From the NCBI GenBank assembly GCA_943354555.1, contig CALRCM010000001.1:7453-71452 (forward strand): 64,000 nt of DNA, given 5' to 3'. Shown one piece after another: positions 53,973 through 61,799 of the stretch. Position numbers and translations under genes: made by a program. Positions within the stretch are counted from its first letter, which is position 1. Every line of letters begins with the position of its first letter. This DNA is from Candidatus Peribacteria bacterium. Its GTDB lineage: Bacteria > Patescibacteriota > Gracilibacteria > Peribacterales > Peribacteraceae. Below the pieces are notes generated by a model. That model was not told the DNA's origin and did not search any database. It worked only from the letters and a program-made list of their open reading frames with translations.

Positions 53973-55144
53973 TGCTCCTACGTGTCCTCATTTTCGGCCT
54001 TCTTGAAGGATTTGCCGTTCTGCTTGCAGAGCTTCATAGATATCTCGGTGTGCATACCGATGAGGCGAAGTATCTGATAAATATTCCCTATCCCCATCCG
54101 CCGCTTGTGCGATGGATTTTGGAGACCACCGACGGATGGCAGCATCAGGAGATGTTCTGGCGCATCGTCTTTGCTTCACTTCTTACACAGGGGACGTGGC
54201 TGGTGTGGGATATGGCGAGGAAACTTCATAAGGATCAGCGTGTGACGCTCTGCGGTCTATGGATTTTCTCCGGAGCAATGCTTTTACAAGCCGGCACGCT
54301 CTTCATGCCAACGATTACGGCAGTGCAGACACTCTTTCTCTGTTGGATGCTGACGCGCAAAGAATTACTGAAGCAATGGAGTGCGCTCATTGCGCTTCTC
54401 TGGCTGGAGATGCTCTTTACTGCGTATCAGGGAATTCTTTTTGCACCGCTGATCTATGTGGCTCTGCTGAGGTCGGGAATTACTCCTTGGAAACGCTGGA
54501 GCACATTCCTACTGCCAATCGCATTGCTGGTGCTCTATACACCCACCAATCCTCTGACGATCGTGGCAACAGGATCTGTGAGCGGCATGAGTGCAGGATT
54601 ACCCATTGAAGAATCTGTTACGCGTGTACTCAAGCTCTGGGTGATCGGCGGAAGCATCGCTCTCAGCATCCTCGGTTTGTATGGCATGGTGCGTAGTCGT
54701 GATTACGCACTTGTGCTTACGCTTATGCTCGTCACGGCGTATATCTTTGTGGGGTTTAGGAGTTACTACGCCATTCTCTTCACGCCCTTACTTATTGCAG
54801 GACTTCTGAGCGCGCCGAAGCTTTTAAAGTCCTCCGCATTTCTTCTTGCTCTCCAGATCGTCGCTGGCATTGCCATCTTTCTGTATGTGCCGTTTACGGA
54901 GATGTCGAGTGCGAGATCTATTGGGCGTGTTCTCTTGGAGGCGGGCGTTCATGGAGAAATTCTTATCGAAGGTAGCTTTGGCCACGAGTGGCAGTACCTG
55001 ATGCCGGGACCGGTGCGGCGCTACCGGCCGGAATTTATAAAAGATGCTTCGGCGATTGTGTGTTTGGATCGGTGCAGCGGGATTGATGTAAACGTATGGC
55101 AACAGCTACGGAATGTTTCGGAGGAGGTGTGGGTGAAAAAATGA
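53972..55144 (+). CDS. GT-C-like membrane glycosyltransferase (PMT/ArnT-like)
   Basis: Polytopic; first-loop motif HTDEAKYLINIPYPHPPLVRWILE typical of GT39/83-like enzymes. Start set at ATG 53972. Confidence 0.55.
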   Translation: MLLRVLIFGLLEGFAVLLAELHRYLGVHTDEAKYLINIPYPHPPLVRWILETTDGWQHQEMFWRIVFASLLTQGTWLVWDMARKLHKDQRVTLCGLWIFSGAMLLQAGTLFMPTITAVQTLFLCWMLTRKELLKQWSALIALLWLEMLFTAYQGILFAPLIYVALLRSGITPWKRWSTFLLPIALLVLYTPTNPLTIVATGSVSGMSAGLPIEESVTRVLKLWVIGGSIALSILGLYGMVRSRDYALVLTLMLVTAYIFVGFRSYYAILFTPLLIAGLLSAPKLLKSSAFLLALQIVAGIAIFLYVPFTEMSSARSIGRVLLEAGVHGEILIEGSFGHEWQYLMPGPVRRYRPEFIKDASAIVCLDRCSGIDVNVWQQLRNVSEEVWVKK

Positions 55145-55211
55145 ATAACTGCCCCCTCTCGCGAGATTGATTTGTGAAGCGGTAGTTCGCTCCCATTTTC
55201 GGATAGCAGAG

Positions 55212-55309
55212 TTCCCCCTCCCGACGGGAGGGGGTTAGGGGGCGGGGTCTGTGTGATTTTCAACAAATGCCATCACCCCCTCTCCCTCTCCCTCTCCCGC
55301 CGGGAGAGG
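55212..55309. repeat. Family-2 hairpins (TTCCCCCTCCC-GAC-GGGAGGGGGTTAGGGGG; (CTCTCC)3 tract + CCTCTCCC-GCC-GGGAGAGG)
   Basis: 9-bp stem at 55214-55222/55226-55234 and 8-bp stem at 55291-55298/55302-55309. Shares TTCCCCCTCC..GGAGGGGGTTAGGGG with 39446-39477. Confidence 0.85.
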
Positions 55310-55328
55310 GGACGACGCTGCACGAGTA

Positions 55329-55535
55329 TTACTCCTCCAGTGCTGCTTTCAAATCAAACGTATCTCCGATCCTTCCTCGTTCCTGATCAAGCATTGCCTG
55401 GTAATAGGGAGGGACATATCCCAAAGGTCTTTCCACGCGTTCTGTGCGTAATCCATCCGGATTGCAGCGTGCATCATCGACACCGCTCCATTTGGGAGGT
55501 TGATAACCATCAAGATATTCTGAGTGATGCGTCAT
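55329..55535 (-). CDS. Hypothetical small protein (68 aa)
   Basis: ATG-initiated ORF with balanced, coding-like composition (MTHHSEYLDGYQPPKWSGVDDARCNPDGLRTERVERPLGYVPPYYQAMLDQERGR...) inside a repeat-rich spacer. No recognisable family. Confidence 0.3.
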   Translation of the reverse strand: MTHHSEYLDGYQPPKWSGVDDARCNPDGLRTERVERPLGYVPPYYQAMLDQERGRIGDTFDLKAALEE

Positions 55536-55580
55536 ATATGTAGAGTAATGTTAGATCTGATAATATTCCCTGTACCACTC

Positions 55581-55607
55581 CACCCTTCGACTTCGCTCAG
55601 GGTGACA
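55581..55607. repeat. Family-1 core, partial copy D
   Basis: CACCCTTCGACTTCGCTCAGGGTGACA, about 80% identical to the reverse complement of the copy-C core. Confidence 0.7.
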
Positions 55608-55628
55608 CCCTGCTTTTCTTCCTTACAA

Positions 55629-56609
55629 TTAGATACCATAATATTCGCGGTACCAAGTCACAAACTTCGGTACCCCCTCGGATATTCTCGTCTTGGGGTC
55701 GTATCCGAGTGCTTTGCGTGCTTTGGTAATATCCGCTGATGTCGCTACGACATCGCCGGCCTGCATCGGGAGGAATTCTTTCTTCCCTTCTTTTCCGCAT
55801 GCCTTCTCGATGGCACCGATATAATCCATCAATTCCTCCGTTTTTCCTCCACCGAGGTTGTAGATCTCATATGGGTCGTTGCGGTCCAGTGTGGCGATGA
55901 CTCCGGAGACAATGTCGTCGATGTAGGTGAAATCGCGCTGCATTTTCCCATGGCCGAAGACCGGAAGCGTCTCTCCTTTGAGAACTTTGTCGGTAAAGAG
56001 GAAGAGCGCCATATCGGGGCGGCCCCACGGGCCGTACACTGTGAAGAAGCGCAGTCCTGTACACGAAATGCCGTACATCTTGTGGTACAGGTACGCTTGC
56101 AGCTCATTCGCTTTCTTCGTAAATCCGTAGATCGAAATTGGGGTATCTGTCCGGTGCGCTTCGGAAAAGGGATGCTCCTTGTTGTCCCCGTACACAGCAC
56201 TTGTCGAAGCGTAGATCATGCCGCCTACTTTCTTTTTGCGGCCCTCTTCAATGACCATGTTGAATCCGTTGATGTTATCCCTGAGAAAGATCTCCGGATG
56301 GTCGATGCTATGACGGACGCCGGCTTGTGCGGCGAGGTGGCAGACGCGGGTGATGGGTTCCTGGTTCCTGGTTCCTGGTAGCGTCAGGAGTGAAAAGGCT
56401 TTATCGAGGTCTTTCTGGTTGGTGATGTCTCCGCGGACGAGCGTGAAGCCTTTGCGCTTCTCCAGAAGTGCATTGCGGGCAACTTTCAGTGTCGAGTCGT
56501 AGTACTCGTTGAAGTTATCGATTCCGATCACTTCATCACCGCGATCCAGAAGCCTGGAAGCGACGGAGAATCCGATGAAGCCGGCAGAACCAGTGACGAG
56601 AACGCGCAT
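55629..56609 (-). CDS. UDP-glucuronate 4-epimerase-like NAD-dependent epimerase
   Basis: MRVLVTGSAGFIGFSVASRLLDRGDEVIGIDNFNEYYD...HLAAQAGVRHS...YGFTKKANE; directly downstream of ugd. Contains a (GGTTCCT)x3.3 tract at 56356-56378. Confidence 0.8.
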   Translation of the reverse strand: MRVLVTGSAGFIGFSVASRLLDRGDEVIGIDNFNEYYDSTLKVARNALLEKRKGFTLVRGDITNQKDLDKAFSLLTLPGTRNQEPITRVCHLAAQAGVRHSIDHPEIFLRDNINGFNMVIEEGRKKKVGGMIYASTSAVYGDNKEHPFSEAHRTDTPISIYGFTKKANELQAYLYHKMYGISCTGLRFFTVYGPWGRPDMALFLFTDKVLKGETLPVFGHGKMQRDFTYIDDIVSGVIATLDRNDPYEIYNLGGGKTEELMDYIGAIEKACGKEGKKEFLPMQAGDVVATSADITKARKALGYDPKTRISEGVPKFVTWYREYYGI

Positions 56610-56617
56610 TTGCTCTT

Positions 56618-56642
56618 AGCTTATAGCTTTCAGCTGACAGCT
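56618..56642 (-). promoter_or_regulatory. Second copy of the 25-nt leader motif (minus strand AGCTGTCAGCTGAAAGCTATAAGCT), 8 nt upstream of ATG 56609
   Basis: 22/25 match to 41555-41579, in the same position relative to a start codon. Confidence 0.6.
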
Positions 56643-56665
56643 TCTAGGCAAACAACGGAGAACTT

Positions 56666-57976
56666 TTACTTCACCCCGATTCCCCAATAGTTCAGTCCAG
56701 CTTCACGTGCTTCCGAGGGTTCGTAGACGTTGCGACCGTCGAAGAGATCTTTTCCACGCATGGCTTCCTTGAGTTTCTTTAGATCTACTCCGCGGAAGAG
56801 ATCCCACTCTGTCATAAGGATCACGGCATCTGCTTCCTTAGCTGCTTCCATATGAGAAGGGGCGTATGTCACGCGTTTCTTAAGAATCAGCTTCGCTTTC
56901 TCGAGTGACACCGGATCGTAGACGGTGACTTTGTGACCTGCGCGTGTGAGCATAGGAATGAGATCGAGACTCGGAGCATCGCGGAGATCATCTGTCTTGG
57001 GTTTAAAAGAAAGTCCCCAAATTGCGACATGCGCATTGAGTGGAAGCGCTGCGAGGACCTTTTTGAAGAAGCGCTGTCGCTGGCGGTTGTTCATGTCGTG
57101 CGTTGCCTTTACGAGCGGGAGCGGCACGCCGGTTTCCTTCGAGAGGGCAATAAGCGCCTTTACGTCTTTGGGAAAACAACTTCCTCCGTAGCCGATTCCG
57201 GCATGCAGGAATCGCGGTCCGATGCGGTCATCGAGGCCCATGCCTGCAGCAATCTCGCGCACGGATCCTCCGGTGGTTTCACAGAGTTCCGAAATCATAT
57301 TAATGAAGGAGATTTTTGCCGCCAAAAAAGCGTTGCTTGCGTACTTCACGATCTCTGCGGATTCGCGGCTCATGACAAGGAGTGGTTTCCCTACTCGCGT
57401 AAGAGGCTGGTAGAGCTCTTCCATCACCTGCTTGGCATGCGCATCACCATTGATGCCGACAATAATGCGATCGGGTTGCATGGTGTCGTGGACGGCGCAT
57501 CCTTCGCGCAAAAACTCCGGATTGCTGATGACGGGAATCTTGTAGGGAACTTCTCTACGTTTGAGGATGGCGTTGATGGAATCCTCGCACTTGCGGCCTG
57601 TACCGACGGGAATTGTTGATTTATTGACGAAGATAAGGTCGCCGACTGCATGCTCCGCGACGGATTCCGAGACAGTGAATACTGCGCGCAAATCTGCAGA
57701 AAAATCTGCATTTGGCGGAGTGGCTACTGCGGAGAAGACGACCTGAGTGCCGGTCATTGCTTCGGAAAGCTCTGTCGTAAAAGACAGTCTGCCGCTCGCG
57801 AGATTGCGCTGAATGAGTTCTTCCAGCTCCGGCTCGTAGATCGGCGATTTGCCGGCCTTGAGCATGCGCACCTTCGCTTCGTCTATATCCACTCCTACTA
57901 CTTCATGTCCCAGTTCCGCAAAGCACGCAGAGGAGACGAGGCCGACGTAACCGGTTCCCACAATAGCTATTTTCAT
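56666..57976 (-). CDS. ugd: UDP-glucose 6-dehydrogenase
   Basis: MKIAIVGTGYVGLVSSACFAELGHEVVGVDIDEAKV...GIGYGGSCFPKDV catalytic Cys motif. Confidence 0.9.
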   Translation of the reverse strand: MKIAIVGTGYVGLVSSACFAELGHEVVGVDIDEAKVRMLKAGKSPIYEPELEELIQRNLASGRLSFTTELSEAMTGTQVVFSAVATPPNADFSADLRAVFTVSESVAEHAVGDLIFVNKSTIPVGTGRKCEDSINAILKRREVPYKIPVISNPEFLREGCAVHDTMQPDRIIVGINGDAHAKQVMEELYQPLTRVGKPLLVMSRESAEIVKYASNAFLAAKISFINMISELCETTGGSVREIAAGMGLDDRIGPRFLHAGIGYGGSCFPKDVKALIALSKETGVPLPLVKATHDMNNRQRQRFFKKVLAALPLNAHVAIWGLSFKPKTDDLRDAPSLDLIPMLTRAGHKVTVYDPVSLEKAKLILKKRVTYAPSHMEAAKEADAVILMTEWDLFRGVDLKKLKEAMRGKDLFDGRNVYEPSEAREAGLNYWGIGVK

Positions 57977-58056
57977 TATGGAGAGTGTACTTCTTCATAG
58001 GCATCAATTAAAGAGATAAGGCGTGCGTATTTCTATCTTGTTTTGGGGCATACTGT

Positions 58057-59016
58057 ATGTACATGTCCCGCATCCTCATTACCGGCTCCATCGCCTATGA
58101 CCTTCTCCTCTCCTATGAAGGCTCGTTTGCAGATGCCTTAAAAGGAAAGGATGTCGACCGGCTCTCCGTGAGCTTCTTTGCGCCGCACCTCAAGCGTCAT
58201 CATGGAGGAACAGGATCCAATATTGCATGGAACTTGCGTCTCCTCGGCGGAGAGCCATTGCTCGTGGGGACAGTTGGCACCGACGGAGGCAGTTACTGGG
58301 CACTTTTGGAAGAGAGAGGGATTGATACCTCGCATGTCGAGCAAAGGAAGGACAGCATCACTGCGACCGCAATCATCGGTACGGATAATGGTGAACGGCA
58401 GATCGCATTCTTTCATCCCGGTGCGGATGCACTTGGGCATTGGCCTGCCGCAACACTCTGCGACGACCGTGACGATATAGCGTGGGCGATTGTCGGTGCG
58501 CGCAATCCTGTGCTGATGCTGGAGGCAGCGCGATGGTGCGGCGCAGTGGGGTTACCTCTTCTCTTTGATCCTGCACAGCAGATTGTTGCACTGGGTGCGG
58601 ACGAACTACGGTCTGCGATTGGAGCGAGCAGAGCAGTCATTTGTAATGAATATGAATGGAGCGTGCTTTCCGAAAGAACCGGAATGCAGGAACGCGATAT
58701 ATTGAAAACAGCAGAATTCCTGATTGTCACACTCGGCGATAAAGGCGTTGCATTGCATACGAAGAAAGAAATGGAAGGAATTCCTGCATGCACTGCGGAT
58801 CAGGTCGTGAATCCCACAGGAGCAGGCGACGCATTCCGTGCAGGATTGCTTTTTGGATTGGAAAAGAAATGGAGTCTTACGGATTGTTGCAGGCTTGGAG
58901 CTGCAATGGGATCCAAAGTGGTAGAGATCGAGGGAACGCAATTGGATGCTTTGGATTTGGAAGAAGTATGGGAAAGGGCGAAAGTGACGTATGGAGAAAA
59001 ATTGCCAGTGGCATAA
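58057..59016 (+). CDS. PfkB-family carbohydrate/nucleoside kinase (adenosine-kinase-like, given ahcY linkage)
   Basis: HHGGTGSNIAWNL and NPTGAGDAFRAGLLFGL PfkB signatures. Substrate assignment is inference from context. Confidence 0.75.
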   Translation: MYMSRILITGSIAYDLLLSYEGSFADALKGKDVDRLSVSFFAPHLKRHHGGTGSNIAWNLRLLGGEPLLVGTVGTDGGSYWALLEERGIDTSHVEQRKDSITATAIIGTDNGERQIAFFHPGADALGHWPAATLCDDRDDIAWAIVGARNPVLMLEAARWCGAVGLPLLFDPAQQIVALGADELRSAIGASRAVICNEYEWSVLSERTGMQERDILKTAEFLIVTLGDKGVALHTKKEMEGIPACTADQVVNPTGAGDAFRAGLLFGLEKKWSLTDCCRLGAAMGSKVVEIEGTQLDALDLEEVWERAKVTYGEKLPVA

Positions 59017-59121
59017 ATGCACCGAATCCCAAACATCAAAAAAATTCCAAATACACAATGATCAATGATCCTTTGAACCATGATTCTTGGATTCTTATTT
59101 GGGATTTGGGATTCGGTGCAT
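59017..59121. repeat. 17-bp perfect inverted repeat ATGCACCGAATCCCAAA / TTTGGGATTCGGTGCAT spanning the whole kinase-ahcY spacer
   Basis: Arms at 59017-59033 (starting right after the stop codon) and 59105-59121 (ending 12 nt before ATG 59134); 71-nt AT-rich interior. Confidence 0.85.
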
Positions 59122-59133
59122 TACGATCTCCGC

Positions 59134-60387
59134 ATGTCCCACGTCAAAGACCCTTCACTCGCGGCCCAAGGCAAACTCAATCTCGAAATCGCCGAGAAGC
59201 GTATGGGGGCTCTTATGCAGTTACGCGCACGTTTTGCCAAGGAGCAGCCGTTTGCAGGTCTTACGATCGGGATGGCGCTTCATGTCACAAAGGAAACAGG
59301 TATTCTAGTGCGTACGTTACGGGATGGTGGAGCGAAGGTAGCTATCACAGGGTGTAATCCTTTAAGCACGCAAGATGACGTCGCAGCGGCACTCGCAGAA
59401 GAGAAAGATGTCCTCGTTTGGGCCTATAAAGGAGAGAGCACGGAGGACTATTACAAGTTTCTGACAGCAGTCATCGAAACCGAGCCGGATATCACCATCG
59501 ATGATGGTTGTGATCTGGTGACAGAGATCCACACGAAGCATCCCCACCTTCTCCAGAAGCTTCTCGGAGGTTGCGAAGAGACGACAACAGGCATCATCCG
59601 CCTCCATAGTATGGTGCGTGACGGTGCACTGAAGATTCCGATGATTGCTGTGAACGACAACAAAACGAAGCACCTCTTCGACAACTACTACGGTACGGGC
59701 CAGTCCACCTTCGACGGCATTCTCCGTTCGACCAATCTGCTTATTGCCGGAAAGACCGTTGTTGTTGTTGGTTACGGAAGCTGCGGCAAGGGCATTGCGA
59801 TGCGGGCCAAGGGCATGGGGGCGCAAGTCATCGTCACGGAAGTCGATCCATTCTGCGCTTTGCAGGCTGCTATGGACGGTCACAGAGTGCTCCCTATGAG
59901 TGAGGCTGCTTCGATTGGAGATCTTTTCGTTACGGTCACAGGCAACGTCCATGTGCTGCGCGCGGAGCACTTCGACTGTATGAAAGATGGCACGGTGATC
60001 GCCAACTCCGGACACTTCGATTGCGAGATCGATCTCAAAGCACTCGAAAAAATTGCCCGCCGTAAGAGGCGCGTGCGCCATTACCTCGATGAATACATGC
60101 TCAAAGACGGGCGAGTTGTCTACGTAGCGGGAGAGGGGAGGCTCGTGAACCTAGCGTCCGCCGAGGGGCATCCGAGCGAAGTGATGAGTATGAGCTTCAT
60201 GGGGCAGGCACTTGCCTGCGAATACCTTGTGAAAAACCGCGGCAAGCTGAATGCGGAGGTCATCACGCTTCCGCAGGAGATCGACCAGCAGATTTCTGCG
60301 ATGCAGCTCGAGGTGATGGGTATGAAGATTGATACGCTGACTGCTGAGCAGGTGGAATATTTGAAGAGTTGGAAGGAGGGGACATAG
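59134..60387 (+). CDS. ahcY: Adenosylhomocysteinase
   Basis: LAAQGKLNLEIAEKRMGALMQLR...GCNPLSTQDDVAAAL...CEETTTGI...GYGSCGKGIA...SGHFDCEID; canonical SAHH blocks. Start set at ATG 59134. Confidence 0.92.
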   Translation: MSHVKDPSLAAQGKLNLEIAEKRMGALMQLRARFAKEQPFAGLTIGMALHVTKETGILVRTLRDGGAKVAITGCNPLSTQDDVAAALAEEKDVLVWAYKGESTEDYYKFLTAVIETEPDITIDDGCDLVTEIHTKHPHLLQKLLGGCEETTTGIIRLHSMVRDGALKIPMIAVNDNKTKHLFDNYYGTGQSTFDGILRSTNLLIAGKTVVVVGYGSCGKGIAMRAKGMGAQVIVTEVDPFCALQAAMDGHRVLPMSEAASIGDLFVTVTGNVHVLRAEHFDCMKDGTVIANSGHFDCEIDLKALEKIARRKRRVRHYLDEYMLKDGRVVYVAGEGRLVNLASAEGHPSEVMSMSFMGQALACEYLVKNRGKLNAEVITLPQEIDQQISAMQLEVMGMKIDTLTAEQVEYLKSWKEGT

Positions 60388-60483
60388 GAATTGAGAATGG
60401 AAAATTGAGAATTGAGAATGAAGCGAGGTTTAGTGCTGCATTTACCTTGCCCTTGCCATTCCTCGCTCCTACACTTCCGCGCC

Positions 60484-60984
60484 ATGACGCGCCTAGATGA
60501 TCTTCGGCAATTGGAAGCGGAGCTCTCCGCAGTACGCCCAAGCAGGTGTGGTTGTGTCCATGAGCTTATTTCTTTTGCATCGGGAAAGGTGCAGTTTTGT
60601 CCGTCTGCAACGCGTGAGGCTAATGCAATTTGTTTTCACCGGAAGGATACCCGACATTTTTCTAAGCTTCTTGGTGAGGCTGCAAGACTCAATCTTCTCA
60701 ATGAAGAAGAGGAAGCCCAGTATCTTCGCGAAGCGGAGAGCATTCGGCATTCTGTACAGGATATTGATGTGCGTGCACGGGATACCGCTCAAAGTTTGGC
60801 ACTCAGCGGCGATCTGGTAGGCATCACAGATTTTTCCCAGCATTGGCTCGCAAACGAGACGCGGGATCGCCAACACAGCAATGTTGAAGATGTTGATTTC
60901 ATGATCGATACAATTCTCGGTCGTATTCATAGTGAAGCAACGGGTATTACTGATGCTGTAAGTAGACACACTTTCGCTGTCTAA
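60484..60984 (+). CDS. Hypothetical protein
   Basis: 166 aa from ATG 60484 (MTRLDDLRQLEAELS...). Coding-like composition, no recognisable motif. Confidence 0.4.
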   Translation: MTRLDDLRQLEAELSAVRPSRCGCVHELISFASGKVQFCPSATREANAICFHRKDTRHFSKLLGEAARLNLLNEEEEAQYLREAESIRHSVQDIDVRARDTAQSLALSGDLVGITDFSQHWLANETRDRQHSNVEDVDFMIDTILGRIHSEATGITDAVSRHTFAV

Positions 60985-61045
60985 TCTGTGTTTTCCTTGT
61001 AAACAGAAATCCACTCTCTTTGCCGTAATAAGCCATAAAACGCCT

Positions 61046-61129
61046 CTACAGGCATGTACCGTTGCAGCGGTACAATGGTATTGACAATAGTGCGAACATC
61101 CCTAAAATGCTCGCAAGATGAATCTTCAT
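61046..61129 (-). CDS. Candidate 27-aa hydrophobic peptide MKIHLASILGMFALLSIPLYRCNGTCL
   Basis: ATG 61129 is preceded by a perfect AAGGAGG 5 nt upstream (minus strand CCGGAAGGAGGAATGGATG), in a genome where SD sequences are otherwise nearly absent. The coding 5' end and RBS are antisense to the transcript predicted from the 61081-61108 promoter. Confidence 0.3.
   Translation of the reverse strand: MKIHLASILGMFALLSIPLYRCNGTCL
61081..61108 (+). promoter_or_regulatory. Near-consensus sigma70-type promoter TTGACA-16 nt-TAAAAT
   Basis: -35 TTGACA at 61081-61086 and -10 TAAAAT at 61103-61108, read directly. Confidence 0.5.
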
Positions 61130-61775
61130 CCATTCCTCCTTCCGGTCCGTTTCATTCGCTGCAAGAAGCAGACGGAAGGGATTGCATAAAGAGTATTCCG
61201 GAGAAAGTAGCATCCCTTCCCCACTTGGAAGGTTCCTTAGGCAGTGTCTCGTTCCTTGAAAGCATCGCACGTAGAAAACGATCTGCCTTTCTCTACCGGA
61301 GCTTGGATTGCTTTGGGCACCTCCGCTCTGCGTTCGCAGACGGATGCCGCCTCTGTGCGGTGTTTGCCTCTAGTCTGAGGTAAGTAGTGTTGAAAGGTGG
61401 AAGCGTCAGTGTTTCTTTTTTGGGAGATGACCATCATGGTCAACTGGATTGTTGTCGGAGAATTGGAGCTGCCAGCTCCTCGTCTGACTGTTCGCCGCAT
61501 TCGAGCGCGGCGGGTGCATCGTCGCCGCAAGGCGACCGCATCAATGCTCAGCAGGCGGACTTCAGTGTTGCTTCGCAAGTTGCGACGCTCCAGAAGCAGC
61601 ACGGGAATCCGTGCTGAGCTGGAAGCCAATTCCCGGCGTGCGGTGCGCCTCGCGCACCGCCATCTCCACCCTGAGCCGGTCTAACCGGCTTGCTGACGTC
61701 AATGTTGGGTGTCCCCTTGGCACCTAAACGATCTGGCTCCACCAATTGGGTGGGGCCAGATTTTCTTTTTATTTT
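61115..61775 (+). ncRNA. Candidate structured non-coding RNA (unassigned family) between the promoter and the intrinsic terminator
   Basis: No convincing ORF. Perfect stem-loops at 61465-61479 (6 bp), 61521-61536 (6 bp, GCAA tetraloop), 61597-61616 (8 bp), 61640-61660 (9 bp) and 61674-61690 (7 bp), plus a 9-bp stem at about 61137-61178. Confidence 0.35.
61733..61775 (+). terminator. Rho-independent terminator
   Basis: CTGGCTCCACC-AATTG-GGTGGGGCCAG (11-bp stem with one G.U pair) followed by ATTTTCTTTTTATTTT. Confidence 0.75.
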
Positions 61776-61799
61776 AAAGGCAGATCGTTTTTTACTCTC

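Noticed and set aside
59017-59133. SAH riboswitch upstream of ahcY
   Set aside because: The spacer is an AT-rich simple-word hairpin. It lacks the GC-rich conserved pseudoknot segments I associate with SAH riboswitches. Rfam confirmation is still needed.
61436-61684. 82-aa Arg-rich ORF (MVNWIVVGELELPAPRLTVRRIRARRVHRRRK...) with GGGAG upstream
   Set aside because: The extreme Arg/Ser content matches a GC-rich stem-loop region being translated, and there is no recognisable fold. Kept only as an alternative explanation within the ncRNA finding.
61115-61775. Assignment of the orphan structured transcript to RNase P RNA, tmRNA, SRP RNA or 6S RNA
   Set aside because: I could not find the GGAAAGUCC/ACAGAA..GGCUUA P4 strands, a T-arm plus acceptor ACCA (the CUCCACCA-like string is just the terminator stem), or the SRP helix-8 GGAA/AGCAGCC motif. 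Left as unassigned pending cmscan.
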